Assembly (NCBI GenBank): GCA_963757735.1
Contig: CAVWST010000026.1
Location: 274,468 to 338,467, forward strand
DNA from: an uncultured Acidobacteriota bacterium
GTDB lineage: Bacteria > Acidobacteriota > Vicinamibacteria > Vicinamibacterales > UBA2999
Direction of reading: 5' to 3'
DNA: 64,000 bases
Under the pieces are notes generated by a model. That model was not told where the DNA came from. It ran no database searches and saw nothing but the letters and a program-made list of their open reading frames with translations. Below, piece by piece: positions 28,988 through 38,692 of this stretch. The translations under genes and the position numbers were made by a program. How positions within the stretch are numbered: position 1 is the first letter of the stretch; each line of letters opens with the position of its first letter.

Positions 28988-30049
28988 ATGCGCAGATTCA
29001 CCATCGGCGCGCTCGTCAGCGCGATTGGCGTCGTGGCGGCGGTATCGATTCCGGCGCGGGCACAGGCTCCCGCAAAGGCAGCCTCCTCGGCCGCGCCGTC
29101 TAAGCCCTACACGACACCGAAAACACCCTGGGGTGATCCGGACATTTCCGGCACCTGGTCGAGTGACGACCTTCGCAACATTCCCGTGCAGCGACCCGTC
29201 GAGCTCGGGAACCGCTCGCAACTCTCCGATGACGAGTACGCGAAACGCCTCGCCGACGCCGACCAGGCGAGAACACGAGAATTGAACCGGGTTGGAGCGT
29301 TTCGCAACGATGTCGGCACGCGGACGTTCCGCCAGACGTCGCTCGTGATCGAGCCTGCCGACGGACGACTCCCGATCACGGCAGACGCACAGAAGGAAGT
29401 CGATCGACGGCAACAGCAGCGGAGCAATCCCCCGAACAGCTGGACCGATCGCAGCTTGTACGACCGCTGCATCACGCGCGGCGTGTTCGGATCGGTATTG
29501 CCGGTGATCTACGGCAACGGCAACTTCATCTTTCAGTCGCCCGGCGTCGTGTCGATCACGTACGAGATGGTGCACGACACGCGAATCATCCCGCTCGATG
29601 GGCGTCCGCACGTCGGCACCGGCATTCGCCAATATATGGGCGACGCGCGCGGCCGTTTCGAAGGCGACACGCTCGTCGTCGAGACGACGAACTTCATGGG
29701 TCACACGACCGGCGTAGGCGGCAACGGCGGCGGAGCGCCGACGAGCGACGTGCTTCATGTGATCGAACGCTTCACGCGTGTCGCGCCAGACGTCCTGAAC
29801 TACGAAGTGTCGATCACCGATCCGAAGACATTCAGCAAGCCGGTAAAGCTCCTGCTGCCACTCACGACGCAGCCCGGATATCAAGTGCTGCCGTACGAAT
29901 GTCACGAAGGCAACCACGCGATGCCCAACATCCTGAGCGCCGCGCGCGCCGAAGACAGGGCCGTTGAAGATGCAGCGAAGAAAGGGTTGCCACGTCCCAA
30001 GCCGTCCTCCTGGCTGGGTGGCGTGAATCCTGCCGCGCCGGAGCAGTGA
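28988..30049 (+). CDS. Secreted protein, unassigned family, paralog P4
   Basis: Signal peptide MRRFTIGALVSAIGVVAAVSIPARAQA, then TPWGDPDISGTWSS, LYDRCITRG, VIYGNGNFIFQSPGVVSITYEMVHDTR, GDARGRFEGDTLVVETTN and YECHEGNH. Confidence 0.85.
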   Translation: MRRFTIGALVSAIGVVAAVSIPARAQAPAKAASSAAPSKPYTTPKTPWGDPDISGTWSSDDLRNIPVQRPVELGNRSQLSDDEYAKRLADADQARTRELNRVGAFRNDVGTRTFRQTSLVIEPADGRLPITADAQKEVDRRQQQRSNPPNSWTDRSLYDRCITRGVFGSVLPVIYGNGNFIFQSPGVVSITYEMVHDTRIIPLDGRPHVGTGIRQYMGDARGRFEGDTLVVETTNFMGHTTGVGGNGGGAPTSDVLHVIERFTRVAPDVLNYEVSITDPKTFSKPVKLLLPLTTQPGYQVLPYECHEGNHAMPNILSAARAEDRAVEDAAKKGLPRPKPSSWLGGVNPAAPEQ

Positions 30050-30084
30050 GCGGCCGGTCTGTGCAATCGTGCGCAGATCTGACG

Positions 30085-30133
30085 AGGGGTCAGACCCCTT
30101 CACATATGAAGTTCTGAGAAGGGGTCTGACCCT
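30085..30133. terminator. REP-like perfect hairpin between convergent genes (candidate bidirectional terminator)
   Basis: gggtcagaccccttc (30088-30102) and its exact complement gaaggggtctgaccc (30118-30132) flank a 15-nt loop. The hairpin lies between the P4 stop (30049) and the prpE-like stop (30142). Confidence 0.65.
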
Positions 30134-30141
30134 GCGGCGGG

Positions 30142-32050
30142 CTACGAATTGCCGATGCTTTGCCTGAGCTCCGCCCAGGCGAGGCGGGCTTCCTCCACGG
30201 AGCCTTCGTCCTCGATCGTCGTGATGTCACCAGGGTCGCGATCGAGGACAACCGCCTTGAGCACACGGCGCATGATTTTGCCGCTGCGCGTCTTCGGCAG
30301 CATCCCGACGAAGTTGATTTCACCGACGACCGCAATGGCGCCGAGCTCCCGTCGAACCGTGTCGAGCAGCTCCTTGCGAAGATCGGCGGATGGCGTCTGG
30401 CCATGCTTCAGGAGAACGAATGCGGTGATGACTTCGCCGCGCGTCTCATCCGGTCTCCCTACGACGCCGCACTCCGCGACCGACGGATGTGTAAGGAACG
30501 CACTCTCGACTTCGATCGTGCCGAGGCGATGGGCGGCGATCTTGATCACCTCGTCGGCGCGTCCGGCGAACCAGAAGTAGCCGTCCTCGTCGACGTGAGC
30601 TGAGTCGCCGGAGTAATAAACGTCGGGGATCTTCTGCCAGTAGTCGGCGCCATAGCGTTCGGTCTCGCCCCACAGTCTCGCCGTCATGCCCGGGAATGGG
30701 CGCTTCAGCACCATGATTCCCTTCTCATTTACTCGACACGGCGTGCCATCGAGGTTGACGACGGCCGCGTCGATGCCGGGCAGTGGGGGACCAGAGGAGC
30801 CGGGTTTGATTGGCAGGAGCTCGATGCCGTACGGATTGCCGAACACCGGGCCGCCGGTCTCCGTTTGCCACATGTGATCGATCACCGGCGCCCGCCCGCC
30901 AAGTACGGTGTTCTGCAGCCAGTCCCAGGCGAGCGGATTGAGGACTTCACCCGCGCACACGACCCGTTCAAGCCGGCGGTGATCGATGTCGGTCAGTGTC
31001 TGTTCGCCGTAGCGTCGAAGCAAACGCACGGCCGTTGGCGACGTGAACATCCCAGTGACCCCGAGCTCCTCGACCGCCGTTCGCCAGTGCGCGATCAGGG
31101 GTCGGATGATCGAGCGCGCCTTCGAATGCGACCGTAGTGCATCCGGCGAGCAGTGGCGCGTACACCATGTAGCTGTGTCCGACGATCCACCCGATGTCTG
31201 ACGTCGCCCACCACACGTCGGACGGCTTCAGGCCGAAGCACACTCGCCCCATGGTGGCGATATAGACCTGATAGCCGCCGTGTGTGTGAACGGCCAGCTT
31301 CGGTCGCGCCGTCGTTCCTGAGGTTGCGAGGATGTAGGCGGCGTCGTTGGACTCCATTACCTCGTGCGTGCTCGACTGACCCTCGCCTCGCTTCAGGAAG
31401 TCGTCCCAGGAGAGATCTCGTGGCGCGTTCAACGGCGATCGCTGCGTACCTCTTTCCCATACGATGACGTGTTCAACCCCGTCGCCGCCAGTTGCCAGCG
31501 CGTCGTTGACGATCGTCTTGAGATCGACTTCTTTACCCTTGCGATACGTAACGTCTCCAGCGAACACCAACCGCGACCCACTGGCACTGATGCGACCACC
31601 GAGCGCGTTGGCGCCAAAACCTGCAAAGACGACCGAGTGAATAGCGCCGATGCGGACCGTGGCCAGCATCAACGCGATCGCTTCAGGCGATGTCGGCATG
31701 TAGATCGTCAGGCGATCGCCTTTGCCGATGCCGAGCGCTCGCAGCGCGGCGGCGATGCGTTCAACCAGCGCGAGGAGCTCGGTGTAAGTGAACTGGCGGC
31801 GCTCGCCGCGCTCGTTCATGTAGATGAGAGCGGTGTGATTACCGCGCCCGCCCGCGACGTGGCGGTCGAGCGCGTTGTAGGCGAGATTCGTTTCTGCGCC
31901 GACGAACCAGCGGAACGTCGGGAAGTTCCATTCGAACACGTGATCCCACGGACGAAACCAGGGCAGCTCGCGTGCCGCGCGAGCCCAGAAGTCATCCGGA
32001 TGAGTGAGTCCCTCCTCGATCCACTGTCGAACGACCGGCGTGACGCCCAT
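30142..32050 (-). pseudogene. prpE: AMP-forming acyl-CoA synthetase, propionate-CoA ligase-like, one frame break near 31090
   Basis: Motifs present are WFVGAETNLAYNALDRH, YILATSGTTARPK, QTETGG and PKTRSGKIMRRVLKAVVLDRDPGDITTIEDEGS. From memory, the RDPGD-TTI-D tail matches PrpE better than Acs. Confidence 0.7.
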
Positions 32051-32105
32051 CGGAGCCTCCCAGGTGAAACGGAATCATAACGTCGCCGCAGTTACAATCG
32101 CACGG

Positions 32106-33093
32106 ATGGACACCTTCCGCGCGTTTCGCATTGTCAATGAGGACGGCAGGATTCACGGGTCGATCGTCAACGCGACGGTTGCTGAATTGAGCGCCGGGCG
32201 ATGTGCTCATCAAGGCGTCGTACTCGAGCGTCAACTACAAGGACGCACTTGCTGCCACTGGAACGGGCAAGATCCTCCGCCGCTTTCCGCTTATTGGCGG
32301 CATCGATGTCGCAGGTGTCGTCGCATCGAGCGCGGACTCGCGATTTCGCGAGGGCGATGAGGTCCTCGTCACCGGCTACGACCTCGGCGTTGCCAACGAT
32401 GGCGGATATGCGGGCTATGTGCAGGTCCCTGCGGGCTGGGTCGTTCCGATGCCCCGCGGTCTCACAGCGTTCGAGGCGATGGCACTTGGCACAGCAGGCT
32501 TCACCGCGGGTCTAGCCATTGTGCGACTCCAACAGAACGGCCTCAGGCCGCAGAACGGCACAGTAGTTGTGACCGGATCGACCGGAGGTGTCGGCAGCAT
32601 TGCTGTCGCAGGTCTGGCGCGTCTGGGCTATGACGTCGCGGCGATCACCGGAAAGGATGAGGCGCACGAGTACCTTCGGCAGTTGGGCGCGCGCGACGTG
32701 TTGTCGAGAGGCACGCTCGAGATGGGAACGCGTCCACTCGAGAAGGCGCGCTGGGCTGGCGCGGTCGACGCAGTGGGCGGCGACATGCTGGCGTGGTTGA
32801 CGCGCACGACCGACGCGTGGGGCGGCATCGCGAGCACCGGACTGACGGGCGGCGTGGAGCTTCACACGACCGTGATGCCGTTCATCCTGCGAGGTGTGTC
32901 GCTCATCGGCATCGACTCTGTGTCGTGTCCGATGGAGATCAGGACTGAGGTGTGGCGGCGCCTCGCGACTGATATGAAGCCGAACAACTTGGCCGCAATC
33001 GCGAAGGAGATTTCCCTTGATGGCCTTCCAGATGCTTTCGCGACTCTGCTGGCTGGCAAAGCACGCGGCCGCTTTGTGGTGAACGTGCGCTAG
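32106..33093 (+). pseudogene. acuI: YhdH/AcuI-type acrylyl-CoA reductase (MDR family), one frame break
   Basis: MDTFRAFRIVNEDGRIHGSIVNATVAELSAG is followed in another frame by DVLIKASYSSVNYKDALAATGTGKILRRFPLIGGIDVAG. The break is an apparent extra G in run 32196-32198. Confidence 0.8.
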
Positions 33094-33599
33094 TCGCGAA
33101 TACCGAGCTGCGCGAGGACCGCGGTGACTTCGGCTTCGTGCGCTTTGACGAAGTCCACATTGATCGTCGGTGCGCCTTCCGGCACCCGCTGCAACACGCC
33201 CGCTTTCACGAACCCGTGCGCCAGGTGCGCGGCAAACAGCGCAATCGCGAACTTGGCGTACTCGCGTGGCGTCATCTTCGCGTCCGCAACTGCCGCCGCG
33301 AGCCCGGCGTGATTCTCCAGCCGGGCCGCAAGGCCTTGCGCCATCGCCGGCGCGTCGCCCGACAGCGCCACGTCCTTGGTGAACAGCGGGGCGTACCTGA
33401 ATGCCGGATCGTGCTCGGTAATGTCCGCGATGCGGCCGCTCGCCTGCACGAATTGCTCGAACACCTGGAGCGTGAGTCGATAGTCGGCCAAGTCGTAGAC
33501 TTCGAGCGGCGCCTGTTGTGCGACGAGCGCAGTGGTGGCCTGCGCAATCAGGCCGACCAGAATCACCACCGTTGATGCGCGGCGCACGCAACTGATCAC
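33090..33599 (-). CDS. Hypothetical secreted protein
   Basis: The ORF has a signal-like N-terminus (VISCVRRASTVVILVGLIAQATTALVAQQ). I chose the GTG start at 33599 to avoid overlapping the divergent ABC gene. I recognise no family. Confidence 0.45.
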   Translation of the reverse strand: MISCVRRASTVVILVGLIAQATTALVAQQAPLEVYDLADYRLTLQVFEQFVQASGRIADITEHDPAFRYAPLFTKDVALSGDAPAMAQGLAARLENHAGLAAAVADAKMTPREYAKFAIALFAAHLAHGFVKAGVLQRVPEGAPTINVDFVKAHEAEVTAVLAQLGIRD

Positions 33600-33674
33600 C
33601 GCTTCATTCTGACATCGTTGAGCGCTAGTCTCGAAGGGCGGCCTGGCTTGGTATGCTGAAGCGCCCGCCCCGCC

Positions 33675-35644
33675 ATGACGACGCAAGACGGTCGAGCCCG
33701 TACATCGAAGCAGCGCTACCTACGCTTCGTTCAGGACTACAGGAAAGGGCTGCTCGACGACCAGGTTGATGCCGCCCGGGGGCTGAAGCCAACTGAGATG
33801 GTTCGCCGCTGAGCGTTGAAGGCACTCAGCCTTCAAAGTGGCTCGGCGGTCAGCGGCGCGAGTATCTCCGCGAGTACTTCCGCTGGCTCTGGCCGCATCG
33901 ATACGGCGTTGCCGGGGTCTTCGCGCTGGCCCTGGCAGGCGCGGGTCTCCAGATGGTCGAGCCGCTCTTCATGCGGTTCATCATCGACCGCGTCCTCCTC
34001 AACGCCGCCCTCGATCTGGACGAACGCATCAGCCGACTCCATTTCGCCGGTGGCCTCTTCGTCGCGGTCGTCATCGTCACGCAGCTCGTCAACGTCCTGA
34101 AGGACTACCGACAGCGGCTCCTGAATACGCGAGTCATGCTGTCGTTGCGGCGATCGCTCTTCGAGCGGCTGCTGCACCTGCCGCTGCCGCCGCTGTGGGA
34201 CATGAAGACGGGCGGGATCCTGTCGCGCATCACAGGCGATGTGGATACCACCACGGGACTGCTGCAGATGGCGGTCGTCTCGCCATCGATCTCCGTCGTG
34301 CGGCTGGTCATTGCGGTCATCGTGCTGATGACGCTGAACTGGCGGTTGGCCTTGACCGCGCTCGCGATCATTCCCGGCATCGTGCTCATCAGCTTCACGT
34401 CGGCGCGTCGCGTGCGGCCGATCTACCGATCGCTTCGGAAGAACGCCGAAGAGATCGACGGGCGGGTTGGCGAGACGTTCTCCGGAATTCGTGTCGTGCG
34501 CGCGTTCGGAAGAGAGAAGCGCGAGTTGATCGAGTACATGCACGGACGCCACACCGTGCTGCGCAAAGAGATGTTCGCGAAGCGCCGCGAGATGGTCATC
34601 TGGACGTCGTGGGGCCTGCTGCTCGGCGCGGTCAACGTCGTGATTGTGTGGTACGGGGGCTATCTGAATGTCGTTGGCCGCGCATCAGTCGGCGACATCA
34701 TGGCGTTTCAGTGGTACACGTTCCTGCTCCTGACCCCGGTCTGGAACATCGTCAACTCCTTCTCCGAGCTCCAACGATCGCTGGCCGCCATGGAGCGGGT
34801 GTTTCAGGTGCTCGGGATGGACGAGGACAAGGCCGATCGACCCGATGCGCGAGACGCGCCGCAGGTCGTCCACGAGATGGCCTTCGAGAACGTGGACTTC
34901 GAGTATCGCGAAGGACGGCCCGTCGTTCACGACTTCAGCGTCGTCGTCCCTGGTGGCTCGGTGGTTGCGCTCGTTGGTCGCAGCGGAGCGGGCAAGACGA
35001 CAGTCACTGACCTCGTCGCACGATTCCACGATCCGACTCGCGGCCGGATTGTTCTGAATGGCACCGATATTCGCGACTTCCGGCTGAGAACCTACCGCGC
35101 GCTGCTCGCGATCGTTCAGCAGGACGTGTTTCTGTTCGATGGGTCGGTGCGCGACAACATCGCGTACGGACGACACGATGCGACAGACGCAGAGATCGAG
35201 GACGCCGCCCGACGCGCTAACGCGCACGAGTTCATCGTCAGGCTGCCGGATCAATACGGCACGTTCGTCGGAGAACGCGGCGTGAAGCTCTCAGGTGGAC
35301 AGCAGCAACGCCTGGCGATTGCGCGGGCCATCCTGGCATCGCCACAGATCCTCATCCTGGATGAGGCGACGAGCAACCTCGACACCGAAAGTGAGCAGCT
35401 GATCCAGGCCTCGATGGCCACGCTCCTCGCGGGACGGACGACATTCGTCATTGCGCACCGGCTGTCCACCATTCGCCGCGCGGATCTCATCCTCCTGATG
35501 GAGGAGGGGCGAATCGTCGAGCGCGGGACCCATGAGGAGCTCATGCGCGCCCGCGGGACGTACTACGACATGGTCCGCCGTCAGATGGAGTCGCACGGCG
35601 AGAAATCGGATGTCGATTTCGAGCCGGCTCGAACGACGATATAA
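33675..35644 (+). pseudogene. ABC exporter, fused permease/ATPase (MsbA-like), probable frame break near 33800
   Basis: Six-TM domain, Walker A GRSGAGKTT, signature LSGGQQQRLAIARA and Walker B ILILDEATS. The N-terminal 45 codons (MTTQDGRARTSKQRYLRF...) are in another frame. The uninterrupted part is 33953-35644. Confidence 0.8.
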
Positions 35645-35703
35645 AGGGGACCGATGAATTTGTCCGCCCGTCGACGTCTAATGCGATGAGGGAGGAGTTA
35701 CGC

Positions 35704-36831
35704 ATGAGCGGAGTGCGGTTACTGGTCGGGACGCGCAAAGGCGCGTTCACGCTGGAGTCAGACGGGAAGCGCGAGAAGTGGGAAGTGAACGGGCCCCACT
35801 TCGGTGGCTGGGAGATCTACCACCTCAAGGGATCGCCGGCCGATCCGAATCGGCTGTATGCCTCCCAGAGCACCGGCTGGTTTGGGCAACTGATTCAGCG
35901 TTCAAGCGACGGCGGCAAAACCTGGGAGCCTGTGGGGAACAAGTTCGTCTATGACGGTGTGCCGGGCACGCATCAGTGGTACGACGGCACGCCGCATCCA
36001 TGGGAATTCAAACGCGTGTGGCATCTCGAGCCATCGCTGACAGATCCCGACCACGTCTATGCCGGCGTCGAGGATGCGGCGATCTTCCAGACGAGCGATG
36101 GGGGTCAGAACTGGACGGAGATGCCCGGTCTCCGTGGGCATGGATCCGGATCGACGTGGACGCCTGGTGCAGGTGGTCTGGGTCTCCACACGATCGTGCT
36201 CGACGCATCAAACCTGAAGCGCATGTTCATCGCGATTTCAGCCGCTGGTGCGTTCCGTACCGACGATGGCGGGGCGACGTGGAAGCCGATCAATCAGGGA
36301 TTGCGATCGGAGCACATCCCGGACCCGACGGCGGAGGTTGGTCACTGCGTGCATCGAATCGCCATGCACAAGTCGCGTCCCAATACCTTGTTCATGCAGA
36401 AGCACTGGGACGTCATGCGGACCGATGACGCCGGCGAATCGTGGCGAGAGATCAGCGGCAACCTCCCGACCGACTTCGGCTTCGTGGTCGATGTGCACGC
36501 ACACGATCCGGAGACGATCTACGTTGTCCCGATCAAGAGCGATTCGGAACACTTTCCGCCCGACGGGAAACTGCGCGTCTACCGCAGCAAGAGCGGCGGC
36601 GAGGAGTGGGAGGCACTCACGAAGGGTTTGCCGCAGCAGGACTGCTACGTCAACGTCCTGCGCGATGCGATGGCGGTCGATTCCATGGACTCGTGCGGTG
36701 TGTACTTCGGGACGACCGGCGGACAGGTTTATGCGTCGAAGGATGGCGGCGATTCGTGGATGTCGATCGTGCGGGATCTGCCGGCGGTATTGTCCGTCGA
36801 GGTGCAGACGCTGCCGCCGTCGCGCGCATGA
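35704..36831 (+). CDS. Cytoplasmic BNR/Asp-box repeat beta-propeller protein (sialidase/sortilin-like fold)
   Basis: There are six Asp-box motifs: [40 protein letters not shown] and SKDGGDSW. There is no signal peptide. GGAGG lies 8-12 nt upstream of ATG 35704. Confidence 0.85.
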   Translation: MSGVRLLVGTRKGAFTLESDGKREKWEVNGPHFGGWEIYHLKGSPADPNRLYASQSTGWFGQLIQRSSDGGKTWEPVGNKFVYDGVPGTHQWYDGTPHPWEFKRVWHLEPSLTDPDHVYAGVEDAAIFQTSDGGQNWTEMPGLRGHGSGSTWTPGAGGLGLHTIVLDASNLKRMFIAISAAGAFRTDDGGATWKPINQGLRSEHIPDPTAEVGHCVHRIAMHKSRPNTLFMQKHWDVMRTDDAGESWREISGNLPTDFGFVVDVHAHDPETIYVVPIKSDSEHFPPDGKLRVYRSKSGGEEWEALTKGLPQQDCYVNVLRDAMAVDSMDSCGVYFGTTGGQVYASKDGGDSWMSIVRDLPAVLSVEVQTLPPSRA

Positions 36832-36880
36832 TGCTCGCGCGCTTTGGCGAGCCACGCCATAGCTTCAGCGAAGGCGGGAA

Positions 36881-37259
36881 ATGATTCGAGTGACGCTGCC
36901 GTGGCATCTCAGGAACCTTGCGCGCACCGATAGCGAGGTGGTACTGGACGTGTCTGGGGCAGATCACCCAGCGCACCGTGCTCGATGCACTCGAGGACGC
37001 ATACCCGATGCTGCGCGGGACCATTCGCGATCATGTCACGTCAAAGCGCCGGCCGTTCCTGCGGTTCTTCGCGTGCGAAGAGGATCTGTCGCACGAGTTG
37101 CCGGACGCGCCGTTGCCGGACGCCGTGGCGAAGGGGACCGAGCCCTTCATGGTGGTCGGCGCGATTGCAGGCGGCGATACTCCGCGAACGCGTCATCGGG
37201 ATAGCAATACAACCATCGCTCGCCGACTTCCGCGGACGCGATCACCGGATGCGCCGTAG
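36881..37259 (+). pseudogene. ThiS/MoaD-like beta-grasp protein with ...VGAIAGG motif; frame break at G4 run 36956-36959; 3' end uncertain
   Basis: [26 protein letters not shown] is followed in another frame by [43 protein letters not shown]...[12 protein letters not shown]. The frame then runs 27 more low-GC3 codons to TAG at 37257-37259. Confidence 0.65.
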
Positions 37260-37437
37260 TGCGTGCGTGCTTCGAGGCGTGCTTGTTCGGGGACGAGTCG
37301 CAGCACAGCGTCACACCGCACGTCTGGCACGTACGGAGGTGCATCCACCGGGAGCCGCTCTTCATGCACTCCGAGCACTCTCGCTTCGCCGGTTGTTTCA
37401 CCTCTTTAATTCGCGAAATGTCATCACAGATCGCCAT
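37147..37437 (-). CDS. UBP-type zinc-finger (zf-UBP/BUZ) protein
   Basis: 96 aa with the Cys/His pattern [45 protein letters not shown]...WLYCYPDD. Confidence 0.8.
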   Translation of the reverse strand: MAICDDISRIKEVKQPAKRECSECMKSGSRWMHLRTCQTCGVTLCCDSSPNKHASKHARTTAHPVIASAEVGERWLYCYPDDAFAEYRRLQSRRPP

Positions 37438-37517
37438 CGTGACCCCGTCCCCAAAGATAACAGGCCGCGAAACGCGCAGGCTGAAGCGTATAAGGCTGAG
37501 GGATAATCAGACTTCGC

Positions 37518-38573
37518 ATGCTCGAACCTTCGATCGTTGGCAGCCTGCCGAAACCATCGTGGCTGGCGGCCCCCAATATGCTCCGGGCACCCTGGCGCCT
37601 CAACGGATCCGACCTCAGCGACGCGCAGGACGATGCCGTTCGGCTGGCCATACTCGACCAGGAGCAAGCAGGCCTTTCGATCGTGACCGATGGGGAAGTT
37701 CGCCGCCGGCATTACATCTGGGGATTTCTCGACGGACTCAGCGGCGTCGACACAGAAAATCTCGCGCAAGCCCGATCGCGAGGTGGCCGCTACTCAGAGA
37801 CCACAGAGGTCGCTCGCATCGTCGGACCGGTGGAGCGCAGGAAGCCGGTGCTGTTACAGGCCTGCCAGTTCGCGCGCGCAGCGACGACGCGCCGGTTGAA
37901 GGTCACGATGCCGGGTCCCATGACGATCGCTGACAGCGTCGCGGACGAACACTACCGGACGGACAGAAAGACGCTGGCGATGAAGTTCGCCGCAATCCTG
38001 AATGCCGAGGCGCGGGAGCTCTCGGCCGCCGGCGCGGACGTCGTCCAGTTCGACGAGCCCTGCTTCAATATCTATCTCGACGAGGTCGAAGCCTGGGGCA
38101 TTGAGGCGCTCGAAGCGTGCATGGAAGGCGTCTCGGCTACTCGCGCCGTCCACATCTGTTACGGATACGGCACTCCGACCGTATTAGCGTGGAAGACGAA
38201 AAATACGGACTGGGGACACTACGGCGTGACGTTTCCGTTGCTCGCCAGGAGCAGCGTGAACCAGGTGTCGATCGAATGCGCGGCGTCTGGCGTCGATCTC
38301 GCTGTTTTGCGTGAGCTCGAGGGCAAGGACGTCATGTTCGGAGCCATCGATGTCGGGACCGAAGAGGTGGAGACCGCCGACGTCGTAGCGGGCCGACTGC
38401 GGCTGGCGCTGGAGCATGTGCCCGCGGAGCGGTTGTTTCCATGTACGGATTGCGGGTTGGTTCCGCGCAGCAGGGAGGCCTCTCGGGGTAAAATGCGCGC
38501 GCTGGCGGAGGGAGCCGCAATCGTACGAACCGAGTTGACGTCGACGACGCGGCGAGAGTTCGCCGTTCCTTGA
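37518..38573 (+). CDS. Cobalamin-independent methionine synthase-like protein (MetE C-terminal domain only)
   Basis: 351 aa with VGSLPKPSWL and Zn-ligand-like motifs VHICYGYG, SIECA and FPCTDCGL. Confidence 0.8.
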   Translation: MLEPSIVGSLPKPSWLAAPNMLRAPWRLNGSDLSDAQDDAVRLAILDQEQAGLSIVTDGEVRRRHYIWGFLDGLSGVDTENLAQARSRGGRYSETTEVARIVGPVERRKPVLLQACQFARAATTRRLKVTMPGPMTIADSVADEHYRTDRKTLAMKFAAILNAEARELSAAGADVVQFDEPCFNIYLDEVEAWGIEALEACMEGVSATRAVHICYGYGTPTVLAWKTKNTDWGHYGVTFPLLARSSVNQVSIECAASGVDLAVLRELEGKDVMFGAIDVGTEEVETADVVAGRLRLALEHVPAERLFPCTDCGLVPRSREASRGKMRALAEGAAIVRTELTSTTRREFAVP

Positions 38574-38692
38574 CAGAATATCTTTGACTCTGGTAAAGCT
38601 CCGTCACGAATAGACACGATTTCCGCATATATCTAGCGAATACCCGCGAGGCCGACCTCGAAGTCGGCCCGTGAGGAGAGGAGACCTGGCAG

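Noticed and set aside
37438-37517. Riboswitch (SAM or cobalamin) upstream of the MetE-like gene.
   Set aside because: The spacer is only 80 nt and is shared with the divergent zf-UBP gene. I see no conserved riboswitch core sequences or multi-stem architecture, only a trivial cgcg-aaa-cgcg hairpin.
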